DNA of 64,000 nucleotides from Podospora anserina. Taxonomy: Eukaryota. A model generated the notes under the pieces. It was not told where the DNA came from. It searched no databases and saw only the letters and a program-made list of their open reading frames with translations. The stretch is from contig CM030337.1 in the NCBI GenBank assembly GCA_017654855.1, forward strand, positions 3,162,001 to 3,226,000. Direction: 5' to 3'. Shown here in pieces: positions 24,201 through 35,535 of the stretch; within the stretch, counting starts at the first letter, position 1; each line of letters begins with the position of its first letter. The position numbers were made by a program, and so were the translations under genes.

Positions 24201-25774
24201 TCTCAGCCTGCCTCGCCTCTGCAGTTCTCTTTTGGATCCCAGAGTTCCACCATGGTGCTTGAAATCCGTTGCTGGTCTTCTTTCTAGGTGTGCTGATATC
24301 TGCTATTCTTATGAGCTCGGCTATTGGCCAGTTGAAAGCCCTGTTCAAGCCTTGGGTGGTTTGAATATTATTGTGCAGGTGTGAGTAGCTAGTTTGATCA
24401 AGGCCAATAGCGATAGGTAGGAGCTTAGCTTCAGCTTTTACTCTTCCCTCGTCCATCTTTTTCCAATCCTACCCTGTGAGCCGTGGCGGCGGCTGTGGTC
24501 GGGTGACGTAAGTCTCGATGACTTGGGGGCAGTGGTCAGATCTTCCCCTCTCTTCTATGCCGTAGTAGGTATTCTGATTCCCATTATAATGTGGGAGTGG
24601 GCTGCGAGCTAGGTAGTCGGTTAGGTTGTGGATCAGGCTGGGAGCTAGGCTGAGAGCTAGGCTAAGAGCTGGGTTGAGATGTGGTTGGGAAGCGGATCTG
24701 GGGACTGAGCTGAGAGAAGGGATTTGGGAGAGTGGTGAGCCGACTCTGCCTCGGATCCTGTGAGGTGTCACGGCGGTTGCACCGTGACCGTTGTTGATCT
24801 AGTGATGGAGCTTGGCACGTGCAGAGCACGGGCCAATGCGATTTGAATGACTTCGCATCTCGCTGCCGCGAGACCTGTTTGTAGCTCTTTAAGCTACGTC
24901 TTGACAATAGAGCCTGCCCGTACCCGACCGAATAGAGCCCAGACTGTAGCTTAGCTGAATATCATTGTCACTAATCTGTCAATCTGTTCTGCCCGTGACA
25001 TGAGGCTTGTTGTATATACGTAGGCCTTCCTCTCTTCCTGACCTGTTCTTCAGCCTGGTAGTGGCTGTCGTCCTGGCTGTTGGTGAAGGTAAGGGATGAG
25101 GCTAGCGTTGTGGGTGTAGGTGTAGCAGCTTCGAAGGTACGGGGCCGGTGCTGATATGCTTCTCTAGCCGTGCCTTCTTGCGTTCCGGGCATTCCTTGTC
25201 CCAGGCTGGATGTCTCCCTCTGCAGGTTGGGCACTTGCAAGGCAGGTGGCGGGTGAGGGTGTGGCACTGTGCCTCGCCTTCCTTTCCACCTCTACCGTGA
25301 GCCCCCGTGCCGCACCTGGGATATATGGAGTCATTCTTGCAGTAGCGACTGGTGTGGCCCCATTTCCAGCATTGTTAGCACTGGGTAGGTCGTAATGGTG
25401 CCCAGTATGGCTCGCAGTTAAGTATCTGGGCCTTGAAAACCACACCTGTATTGTAAATCGTTTTAGTTTCTACTTGATTTGTGAGAGTGATTAAGATAGA
25501 TACCTATTTGAGGTTCTGGTATTTTAGGTACTGGAATTTGACTTTCTTAAGTAATTTTAAACCTAATCCTTTACCGAATTCTATGTCCGAGGTTCCCTAA
25601 ATATCGGATTTATAGACCCCTTTTACTAATATTATAAAAGCTTTTTAAGCTTCCTTCGCTTAGTTACCGAAATTTTATTGGATTTAGTTATTATTTAAAG
25701 AATATTAGTCCCTAGTAGTCGGGTCGGTAAAAGTAATTATTATATCTTTGCTAGGGAGTTTCCGAATAGCTATA
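21281..25774 (-). mobile_element. LINE (Tad1-like) non-LTR retrotransposon, RIP-degraded
   Basis: ORF1 CCHC knuckles (QCWKWGH, CPTCRGRHPA ~25200-25390); endonuclease SDH (~24535); RT motifs KAPGND, YRPISLL, GAFDRV, GSPLSPALFILY, FADDT. Many TAG/TAA stops, TpA-rich; A-rich 3' tail ~21300. Confidence 0.9.
23488..23722. mobile_element. Solo LTR (~235 bp) nested in LINE ORF2
   Basis: Interrupts the ORF2 reading KILAVL|VQRCFELEW. Termini TAACGG...CCATTACA; flanks AATAC / AGTAC form a 5-bp duplication with one mismatch. Confidence 0.7.
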
Positions 25775-26100
25775 TATAACGAACCCCTATCCGAAAACTC
25801 TGAAAGGGATACTGGTTGAAGGCACTTCTGAACAATCCTGGTTCGGTACAGCTAAACAGTTTACAACAATTGGGTTGTTTTAATCAAAAGAGTCTTGATA
25901 CCAATAACTGTGACTTGAATTGCATACTGCAGAACTGTCTATTTACACCAGCCAGTTCCTCCGTATATATAGACCTTAAGTTCCCAAATACCTCCGTATC
26001 TGGCTCACTCCGGCTCACTGGTGATCGGTAGTGATCCCTCATGGCTCACCTTCGCCAAGCAGGTCAACAGTTTAATACCTAGCCTTCCAATGTAAGCACT
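25775..26100. mobile_element. Solo LTR, family B
   Basis: Begins TATAAC (RIP version of TGTGAC) GAACCCCTATCC; clearly homologous to 32550-32700 and to 32911-32924 + 33280-33420. Right end approximate. Confidence 0.7.
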
Positions 26101-26149
26101 GGTTGCCTTAAAAGAGCAAGGAGAGGCATTATCCTGTTAAAAAACCACA

Positions 26150-27172
26150 GAAGTACTCTATACTCTTTTCTCTATAATAAACCCCAGATAATAGGGATAA
26201 TATAGCTCTAACACTTCTCGCTATCAATCCTACTATATTCTTTTTCCCACACAAAAGAACCTGCCTTTTCACACCCATATATTATACCCCAAAACATCCA
26301 ACCGTGAGACTTTTGCCGTATAGTAGCCCAGGCCTCGATATCTTTAATTTGTGTAAAGTAAGCTACCTTTTCCATGTCGGGTTGTTAGTAGCCCAGGTCT
26401 CGTCACCGAAGGCCACGTATTCCCAGTCTTCCGGGCGAAGCTGAAGTCCTAATTGCTCACGGGCAAAGGCCAGTCGTTCGGCTCGGTGTTAGGCGGTAAG
26501 CTTGATCCTCCGCGGTAGGACCTAACGACTGAAGTCAGCTATTCTTATAGCTATGGTGAAGGCCGTATCCTTCCAGTGGTTAAATCCTTCCAAATACAGC
26601 TTTAAATCTAGCTAACTGAGCTTGCGAGCGATAGGGTCGTCATTGAGAGAGCGAGTAATACGGTCCTTCTCTTCGTCGGCAAACCGCGAGGGCTTCCGGC
26701 TACGACGGTTAGTTCGCGGGGTCAACGGTGTAGTGAGGGCATATTGAATCTGTTTATCCGACGCGCCAGTGGCCTCGCGCATAGCCGCGTAGGACATATA
26801 GGCGTCTTCGCGCAGGGCACGTATTTGAATCTGTGGCCAACTAATTAGTCAGTAAGAATTGAAGAGGGTTAGGAATATATATGGCTACCTTTTGCTCACG
26901 CGGGAGCTCTGGAGCCCTGTGAGCCTTCAGGTGCCAGTGTGGCCGTTGTTGCCTTGCCAATTGGAGCCGGTAGAAGCGCTCGGCTGTGGGTGACGTGTCA
27001 ATATCGTTGTGGTTGATAAGAGCGTTGATTTCCATCGTGGTGGTGGTGGGTGTGGTCGATGGCCGTGGTGTTGCGCGAGAGGGTTCGCATTGCCTTAAGA
27101 ATTGACAGGTACCCCTGCCATGGAAATTAGTAGCAAAGTGACTTCGGATTCGATGGATTTCGATATTGCGTA
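26150..27172 (-). mobile_element. Tc1/mariner-type DDE transposon relic, 3'-truncated
   Basis: HTH-like QIRALRE..MSYAAMREATG, HRAERLAFARE, WEYVAFGDETW (first catalytic Asp), WMFWGII; several premature stops. Ends approximate. Confidence 0.75.
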
Positions 27173-27664
27173 TGTGGCTGCTGATTGCTGACATATTGGC
27201 CTGTTGTTTTATGGGGCAAGTCCAACGTTACCATATATTCTCTTGGTATAAGTGTAGTTAACGAGGGAAAATCTGCGGGGTTACCTGGAGTGCTCGGGCT
27301 AATTCGCCCACATGTGCATACCATCATGGCTCTTGGTCGGCCAAGTCACGAGCTCAGACACCCAGTTCCCACCACTGAAGCCATCATCATGCGTAAATCG
27401 AATCAAGGTAAGGCCGTAGGCCGTGGCCTTCGCCACTCTCACCAGGCAGAGGACGGAAGGCTGAGTGGGGTGGGGTCGCACATTCTTCCACACATTGTAG
27501 ACATCACATTTGACAAATGTCTGTAAGGCAAATTTTCATTTCATTTCATGAGCTCAGATGTCGAGTTTTGCTCCAAAATCCACCTTGTGGCCTTATATCA
27601 TACACAAGCTTGCAGTTTCAAACAAGACCTCCTTCTACCATCCATAGCTATCCGTCCGCAATCA

Positions 27665-28447
27665 CTACGTCATGACCGGGAAGTAATCACACTGGATTCT
27701 GAAATAGGCGTTATAATTTGGACTGTCGGTGTCCTCTATGCAGTGTACCCAGTTGTCGTGACTGAAGACGGCGCAGGGGTAATGGCCCTGATCACAAACA
27801 ACCTGGTTGACGTCTGGATGGTAGGAACAATTTGTATTCACGCCGAAAGGGTTGAATCCGATGTCAAATTGAGGGATAGGCATCTGGTATCCAGGGTCGC
27901 ATTCCGAGCCGGTACCAAGATGCAATGTTGCGTTGTACGGATGGCAAGGGTTGAAATACTTCACGCTCACATGGGACTCGAAGATGTCGTAGTAGCACAG
28001 GTATGTCCAGCCGGGATCTCCCGACATGAAGGTTCTGCGGTACAAAACCCAAAGTCTGCCGGGGTCAACCTCCCCCGGAGTGGTCTGGGTGGAGGTCGGA
28101 TGGGTGGGGACGTACTGACTGGCAGTCGGATTGGCGGAAGCAGAGAGACGGACAGTTGTGCCGGTGGGAACAGCTTGAGATGAAGTCAAGTCGGTCGAGT
28201 TTGACTGGGAAATGGAAGAGGAAGTCAAGTCGGTCGAAGTTGACTGGGAGATGGTAGAGGACTCCCAAGTGAATGAGACAGCTATGAACCGCACAATATC
28301 AGTCAAACGAAACGAAGCACAGATGCAAGTTCAACCAAATTTGGATCTCTTACCAGTAGAGGTGATGTCGACTGCCTTCAGTCTCCCCGCATCTGGGAAA
28401 CCAACGGCGGCAGTGGCGCCGATCAGGAGGAGCAAAAACTTGAGCAT
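27665..28447 (-). CDS. Secreted Ser/Thr-rich, Cys-rich small protein
   Basis: Signal peptide MLKFLLLLIGATAAVG; intron 28282-28353 joins in frame to AVSFTWESS; duplicated 13-aa S/T unit; C-terminal domain with 8 Cys. Confidence 0.75.
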
Positions 28448-29285
28448 CGCAATGGTTGAAGACAATGGTTGAAAGCAATGGTTGAAGTTGGGTTGATTGA
28501 GGAGCTTGATTGACGGATGGAAGAGATTGGATGGCAGAACATGAACAAGCTGGCAGATGGGCAATCGGGGCAAAATTTGTACCCAGAGAACTGAGGAGCT
28601 GCCGGGCTGTCTGTCACCTGTGATCACGGCTGTCACTACTTTACATCATCACTCTGGCATTTCGGCCGTGTTCAAGATTTCGCGCCTGCCTCTCCTGAAA
28701 TAAGCATTTGGCGGAGTCTTCCACGGGCGTAAAAACGCGGGACCTGTTTTAGACGGCAGGTTCGTACCGGAACTTCCAAGCACCATTCACCGAGGTGGTC
28801 ATGCATTGAATCCAGAAGCCCGTTCCTCCGACAGGCCCGCCTTCAATCGGCGAATTGACCACCTCATTTCTTCATCAGATAGGTACCTTGCCTATCGGTA
28901 TCGACCTGACTCCGAGGTGAGAATCGATGTATCAACGTCTGACAATTGATAAGCAGAGTACATTATGGGAGGCAGCTTCCACTGCTTCGGGCGCTTTTCT
29001 TTTCAGACCTGTTGTGATACATATGATGGTTTCGAATGTAGAGCCAACTAGGTACATTCGACGGTATAAAAGTCTACATATCCGCCATCCGCTCCTTGCA
29101 TTCATCACACTACCATTTCGCTGTTTGTTATGGTTAGCCCTTCTCTTACCCAGATAGCCAGTATGGAGATTAAAACTTGAATCAACTTACCGGAGCCCTT
29201 AGGCTCGTGTTTTAAACCCACGCATTCCAAGTGAAACCACTCCCTTTGATACTCTGCCCCATCACAGGCCACCATTGTCCCGTAG

Positions 29286-32200
29286 CTAATACTTTAGTTT
29301 GTCTTCATCTGGCTCATCATCTGGCTCATCGTCTATCGTCATATCACCGATATCAGCGCGACCAGATTCAACCAGAAATGTAACCGCGGTGAGGTTGCTC
29401 ATCTCTTTCGCCACTTCCAGAGGCGTCTTGTCATCGTTATTTCTCTCGTCCAATCTGAGTGTGTGATCCATCAAGACTTTCAAGGCGCTGCGGTCGGGGT
29501 TTGATGACTTGATAATGACATTGTGGAGTGGAAGATTTCCGTTGTCATCCAGGACATTTGCAGCAGCCCCATTCGTTATATCCAAGATGCGAGAGAGAGG
29601 CTAACGAGGCGGCCGGGCAAAGCCTCGTCAATGGGTTCTAATTCGAAAGCTAAAGTCTCCAAAGGGGTAAGGCCGAAGGAATCACGCTCCAGCAAACGTT
29701 GGGAGTGGAGGAGGTCGAGAAGGAATTCAGCCACGAAGTATCGCTTCTTATGGCAACTTTCATGAATATTGGGCCGAGATCCGCGGGATCCGTAGCTCAA
29801 CACCACCGCGCTTCGCAGGCTCTCGAGGACGTGGAAATGTGATCGTTCCAGAATGTGGAGGGGTAAGAGTTGGGGTGATTGATGTACCGGGTCGTATAAC
29901 TGCGGAAATAATTCTTTGACAATCCTATGTAGACAGGATACCTGGGTGGTGATGCGGCAGAGTGTATTCCGCAACAAGGCTTTATCCCTGGCGGTAGTCC
30001 TGAGTCTTAAAATGTTTATCACACTGGTTATGTCAGTTAAGTTGAGGTTTTGCCTAAAGTACCCCAGCAACGTTTCAAACAGTTCGAGATTCCCAATCAT
30101 GATGGCAATACGCAATGCCGAGCATCGGTTTGCGAGATGGCTAATGTTAGCTGCCAACTCGGCATGCCAATCAAGAAAGAGTCGGACTATCTCAAGGTCT
30201 TCGTTCCTGATCGCCTTCTCGAGGGCTGATATGGCGAGACGTGTCTTGTATGCATTCGCGCCCCGTCGTAACAAATATTGACAGACACTTGCGTGTCGAC
30301 CTAGCGCCGCAATCACTAGCGCAGTTATGGCTCCGCCTGTTATGTCTGGCTCATCAACGGGATGCCCAGCTTCCACAAAGAAGTTGACTTGCTTAAGATT
30401 ACCTTCAGCAGCAGCAGTCCATATAGTGGTGTCCTTGGCGGATCGAGATGATGGAAATAACGATTCATTATCCGAGACGGCCGAATAAAAATCGCTTATA
30501 ATGATTGTCAAGATCCCTTTGTGAGGTATACTCAACTCGTGAGGCGAAGCAATCTGGTACAGAGCACTTATAAGGCCTTTCATGGTTCGAGATGTGGCGC
30601 TCTCGCTCATCTCGCTCGGGAAACCCCTCAGAAAACTTGGAGCATTGCAATCTGTTGCATTTGAATCTTCCAGAGTCGTTGAGCTCCAAGAGTGCTTTGC
30701 GCTCGCGTTCGGTGAGGATCGTCTGGTCAATGTTTTCTATTGTGTGTCTGATGGTGGTGACAGCATTGTGTAGAGTCATGTCGTCCGATGGGCTGGTGTT
30801 GGCTGTACCGGAGTCGCCGTTCTGACTTGTGACAGGTGTTGGTCTTGCGTTATCGTTATCATGAAGCTGTTCTGGGTTTGGAGAGCTATCCTGCCCCTGT
30901 GTGAAAAGGTGTTGTGCAGAATCAAGCACTCTTTTCTTGATATTGGCATCGACTTCATCTTTGGACACTGTCATCTATCGTAGATGCTCTTTCCAATAGG
31001 ATTGCGCGTAATCAAAAAGTCCGTAATAGCCTGTTACCGCTGAAGCCGCGATCTCTTCAGTTGAGTAAACGCGGGTGTTGAAAGCCGGCGAGGACAGAAT
31101 TTTAGGTACAAAACAGGGCCATCTTTACATGAGCCATTGACAAAGATACCCTCCCAGATTGTATCAGATAGCTGCTTCATTTCAAGACTCACAGGAATTG
31201 ACTGCTGAAATACAGGACAGAAAAATGTAATCTTACCTGCGGGCAGTGTTGTGTACCAGACCGACGATGGCCTCGTGTTCCGATGCGGCCTGTTTGAGAT
31301 ACTCGCAGCGGTTGAGTTCAACCAGTGATCTGCACAACTCCTTGCAGCTATCTACCCGACGACGATCAATATCGCAGTTTTGTTTTTCGAGGTTGATGCA
31401 AAAGCTTGACTGAATCTCGCGCCACCGCAAGGGCCTGGGGGAGCACACCAACCACTCCAGTATGGCTCGAGCTGTCTTGCTTTTCGAGCCTGATCGGTCA
31501 AGTACTCGAGCTGCAACCCGATCATATGCCGCATTCAGTTGCCTCAGAAAGTTGTCTTTGGACAGCTCATCATTGAGATCGGCCACCGATGCCTGGTCAT
31601 AAAGATTGTCCAGTACCACTTTCGCGTAAAGAAACATTCCTGCGACCGGCCATCAACTTGCTTGTTCCAGGTTGCTTGTGGTTCTGTTGTTTAATGAGGA
31701 TTTCAAACGTACCATTTGCAGTTAAGGTGACCTTCTCAGTGATCTCATTTGCCCTAGAGTCAGGAATCTCAAACCGATCCCTAATTTTGGTAGCCATGGC
31801 AGTAACGTAAGTCTTAAGATCGCAGAGATGAGACCTTGCGCTGTCCGGGTTAATAGTTGGTTGACCGATCAATTGTTTATCAATATAGCCATCCCTTTGT
31901 CCCGCTACCAGTAGCCTGACTGAGGAGAGGTTACCAGCCTTGTAAGTTCTCAAGATCTCGTCCAGGAACCAACTGAGCACGAGTGATGATTCACATTTGT
32001 CAATGTGACGGCCACTGTCACACTCGTCCAAACCATCCACAACAATCCAGCAACGATGCTGTAGTACGACACAGTCTTGGACAAGGGACTTGAGAAGTGG
32101 CTCCCGAAAGTTGTCGGGCCTGTGGACGGAATCACAGGACTTTTGAATGTGCCCTAGAAGCCCATCATCTTGTTCGAGAAGTTGGTCGAGGAAGGCACGA

Positions 32201-32549
32201 AGCATGTGTTCCATTGCTGATTTATTGACAACGCCGGCCCTGCTGTGTTTGAAGTAGAAATAGGCAAGACTACCTCCAAGAATATCCTCTTCGGACCTAA
32301 TGCGTTCAATGACTCGCGATACCAGAGTGGTCTTGCCTAACACAGGGAACACAGGGGGGGGAGTGTCAGCAAGTCAATGTACAAAGAAAAGTTCATAGAG
32401 AAGCTATACAAGCACTTTGCCGTAGTATTCTTTGGAGGAAAAGAAAGATATGTGCTTACCGGAACCTGGCATTCCACTGAGGTAAAGAATCTCCCCCCTG
32501 TTGGATTTTCCATACATCCACTCCTTAAACTCGGGTTGGTCGAGAACCC
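29286..32549 (-). pseudogene. NACHT + C2H2 zinc fingers + ankyrin repeats (NLR-like) pseudogene
   Basis: Walker A GMPGSG|KTT across an intron (~32339-32459), LAYFYF, Walker B WIVVDGLDEC, MFLYAKVVL, RPLRWREIQ, LVHNTAR; two C2H2 fingers (~30500-30660); ankyrins (IWTAAAEGN, GNLPLHN, DKTPLEVA). Frame breaks near 30480 and 29580; 5' end cut by an LTR. Confidence 0.8.
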
Positions 32550-32700
32550 AACTGTGATTTGAATTGCATACTACAGAACTGTCTATCTATACTAGCTAGT
32601 TCCTCCGCATATATAAACCTCTATCCTTTCAGTATCTCTGTACCTAACTTACTACGGTTTACTAATAAGCGATAGTAATCTACCCTAGCTTATTACGCTT
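32550..32700. mobile_element. Partial family-B LTR, RIP-mutated
   Basis: AACTGTGATTTGAATTGCATACTACAGAACTGTCTAT... aligns with 25906-26050, differing mainly by C>T/G>A changes. Confidence 0.75.
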
Positions 32701-32740
32701 ATTAAGTAAGCCTAGCAATTCGGTTTACCTTTATTAAAAG

Positions 32741-32801
32741 GTAATCCGGCTTACTTTTACCAAAACGTAATCCGGCTTACTTTTACCAAAACGTAATCCG
32801 G
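32741..32801. repeat. 26-bp tandem repeat, about 2.3 copies
   Basis: GTAATCCGGCTTACTTTTACCAAAAC twice, then GTAATCCGG. Confidence 0.9.
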
Positions 32802-32910
32802 TTCATTACTTTATAACCTTACCGTTGCAATTTTTTTTATTAACTACTATAGTTTACTATAATTCTTGCTCGGTCTCACTACATAACTAATCTATAATAT
32901 AATATCTCCC

Positions 32911-33420
32911 TGTGACAAACTCCTTGTGACAAGGGCTGTAATAACAGAGCTTGGAACTCATGGTTCAATTCAGGCTAATAATCTTCAATGGCCTCGAAGA
33001 GCGTGATGAAGGAAAAGAAGGTCTAGGAATACAAACAGCTTCTGAGAACGCGTCTTTATCCTTTGCCCAGTGGTCCGTGCAGTGTGGCCTCAGGCCGCTG
33101 CCAAGTTCTTCAATATCTCAGGTTGACCAATATCATCTTCTTAATAACCGCGAAGCCTGTGATTGTCTGCCTCACTTTGACCACTGGCTCACAACGTGCA
33201 GTTACCCCTCCTTTCAGTGGTATCGACAGTGTTGTTGGCCGTGTTCATGGTGGTTGGTTCGTTGACGTGTGACACTCCTATCCAGAACCTCTGAAAAGGA
33301 TACTAGTTAAAGGCACTTCTAAACAATCCTAATTCGGTATAGCTAAGTAGTATATAATAAATGGCTCCTCTTAATCACAATAGCTAAAATACTAACGATT
33401 ATAATTTATATTATATACTG
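32911..33420. mobile_element. Family-B LTR interrupted by a family-A LTR
   Basis: TGTGACAAACTCCT|insert|ATCCAGAACCTCTGAAAAGGATACT... reconstitutes the start of the copy at 25775. Confidence 0.75.
32925..33274 (-). mobile_element. Solo LTR, family A (350 bp) with 5-bp target-site duplication CTCCT
   Basis: TG...CA termini (TGTGACAAGGG...CGTGTGACA); CTCCT at 32920-32924 and 33275-33279; inverted homolog of 45029-45372. Orientation tentative. Confidence 0.9.
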
Positions 33421-33899
33421 GTTTGGGGTGCGGCCACAGGCCTGAGGGTATGAGGGAGGAAGTGGGGCTCTCGGAGGATTCGAGGGTTCAGGGTCATGTA
33501 TATACGCTGTCTGTTTCTGACATTCTATTTTAGAGAGGACATCGACTTTTATTTCTTTATATTTTGTGCCTTGCGCGCGTGCAGGCAATTCTGACCCTCT
33601 GATCAGGCCAATCCTGTGATTATTTATGTGACCTGCGAGCCCATAGTGTCTTTTCTTTGTCCTGCGTGAAGTGCGGCCTGCGAGCGAGTCACTGTCACCC
33701 AGGTGTGTTCATTCAGGGACCTGTTGAGGGTACATTTGTGGTGTTGTGGTTGTTTTTGTGTGTTTTCTCACCATTTCAGTATATAGCGGGTATTTTAGTG
33801 AGGGTAATTTTATCGAACCGACCCTACTTAATTTAGGAGCTAAGTCTATCGTTCTGGCGTCCACTAATAGCAAACTTATGACGCTTACCTCTTAAATCG

Positions 33900-35160
33900 A
33901 CTTAGAATCCCAAGAACTAAAGCCAATATTTTGCAGTGGGTGTGCTATTAAAATAACCCCGTTCTTTTATTATGTTTGGGATGTCCAGATAGGGGATGGA
34001 AAATTGAAGGCCATCTTGCTAATGCCAGTGTTAGCGGCCTCTATCTATTAAGACACGGATTACTCGCAAATCGTTCTATATTAAGCTTATTGGTACTATT
34101 ATTACTGAAATATCTAGGATACCTTCCTTCCCTTTCACTTGTCCCATAATCATTTGAGGAAGCAAAGCTAGTCCAGTCTCAACCCTCTGGAATATACCCC
34201 GCCTTAACCTCGCTATCCTCCCAGCCATCAACATCGAGGAGAGGAACTACGCCGCATTGTCCTGGGTTAGTATACACCCAGGGTATATGTGGTCCAGCCA
34301 CGAAAGACTTCTTCGCAAAAATCGGTAGAAATCAACGTCCAAAGAGGAGAGAGCTCATGTTAACTTTAAGGACTCGCTCTTCACTATCATAATGCAGTTC
34401 GCCGGAGTCAAAGACGTTAAGGGCGGGGGATTGTGCGGTAGTGTATTTGCGTTGAACTGCAAGGAGGCGGAGGAGGTTAACATAGCTATTTTCGTGCCGG
34501 CCATGCGGCTTAATCTGTCTAATCGGACGATTGTTCTGGATGCGGCTATTATTTCGGCTCGGAATAACCTTGCGCAGCAGCATGCGAGGGTTATTCGGGA
34601 CATGATGAAGACGAACAAGCTAGTTTAGGTGTATGTGACGCTAGATGAGCTGAGGTTGTGGAAGGAGGTTTTGGGTTCGATGGTTGAGAGATGTAGGGAG
34701 TAAGAGCACAAGGAGGAGTGCGAGCACTCTACGGGTGGGAAGGCAATGGCCCCGCCGCTTGGTATTGGGACAGGGGAGGAAATTATTTGTGACTGTGGAT
34801 TGGGCGTTTTTCCAGAAAGCTATCATTTGGACTATATGGGGAACACGTGGAAGCATGCCAGGAAGTTTTGTGTGCGAGCGGCAATTTCACCGGTGTTTGC
34901 CAGCTCGTTGGTGAATGAGCTACCTTTGCCGCCTGTGTTGAGTTCGCTGCCCACTCCGTCACCGACGCCGGTGGTGGCTCCCGCCAGTACCTTGAGGCAG
35001 GCGATACCGAGTATTCCTGTGGGGGGAAGGGGAAAGGAGCAGTGCGCAGACAGATGATGGAGGGGAGCTGATGAAGTGCGCAAAGTGCAAGAAGGCGAGA
35101 TATTGCAGTCAGGAGTGTCAGAAGATTGACTGAAAGGATCACAAGAAGGCGTGTCGGTGA
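33900..35160 (+). pseudogene. MYND zinc-finger protein, 5'-truncated pseudogene
   Basis: KDSLFTI, MRLNLSNRTIVLDAAI, CDCGLG, RAAISPVF, LMKCAKCKKARYCSQECQKID*KDHKKAC; stops and frameshifts. Left boundary approximate. Confidence 0.75.
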
Positions 35161-35535
35161 GAAGGCATGGTTGAATGATGTATGGCATGTTTGAGATTTG
35201 TATGTGTATTGTGGACCTGAGGTGGGTATGGTAGATGGAACAAAGCTCTGAAAGATAGCTGTAATTTGTAGAAAAAAACATGTTGTCTACCGACCTTTAT
35301 TAAAAACATATTGCTTGTAGGGGTGATTGTTATGCATGCTAGGGGTTAGGGTTGTCAGGTCATCTCGTCTTAGCTCCAGTCAGTCGTTAGACGTTTGCAA
35401 CCCCGCATTCACGCTTAGGAGGCCATCAAAGCCGCAACACTCCCAACTGAAGCCATCAAAAAACCCCATTATTGAAGACCTCTTATCTCAGTGGCCACAA
35501 GGCCTTTCTAATCCACCCAATAGTCCAGAGAAAAA

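Noticed and set aside
14090-33810. Starship or giant transposon with short inverted ends (TACCCTC at 14160, GAGGGTA at 33726)
   Set aside because: Only a 7-bp match that recurs nearby; no tyrosine-recombinase captain gene and no direct repeat identified.
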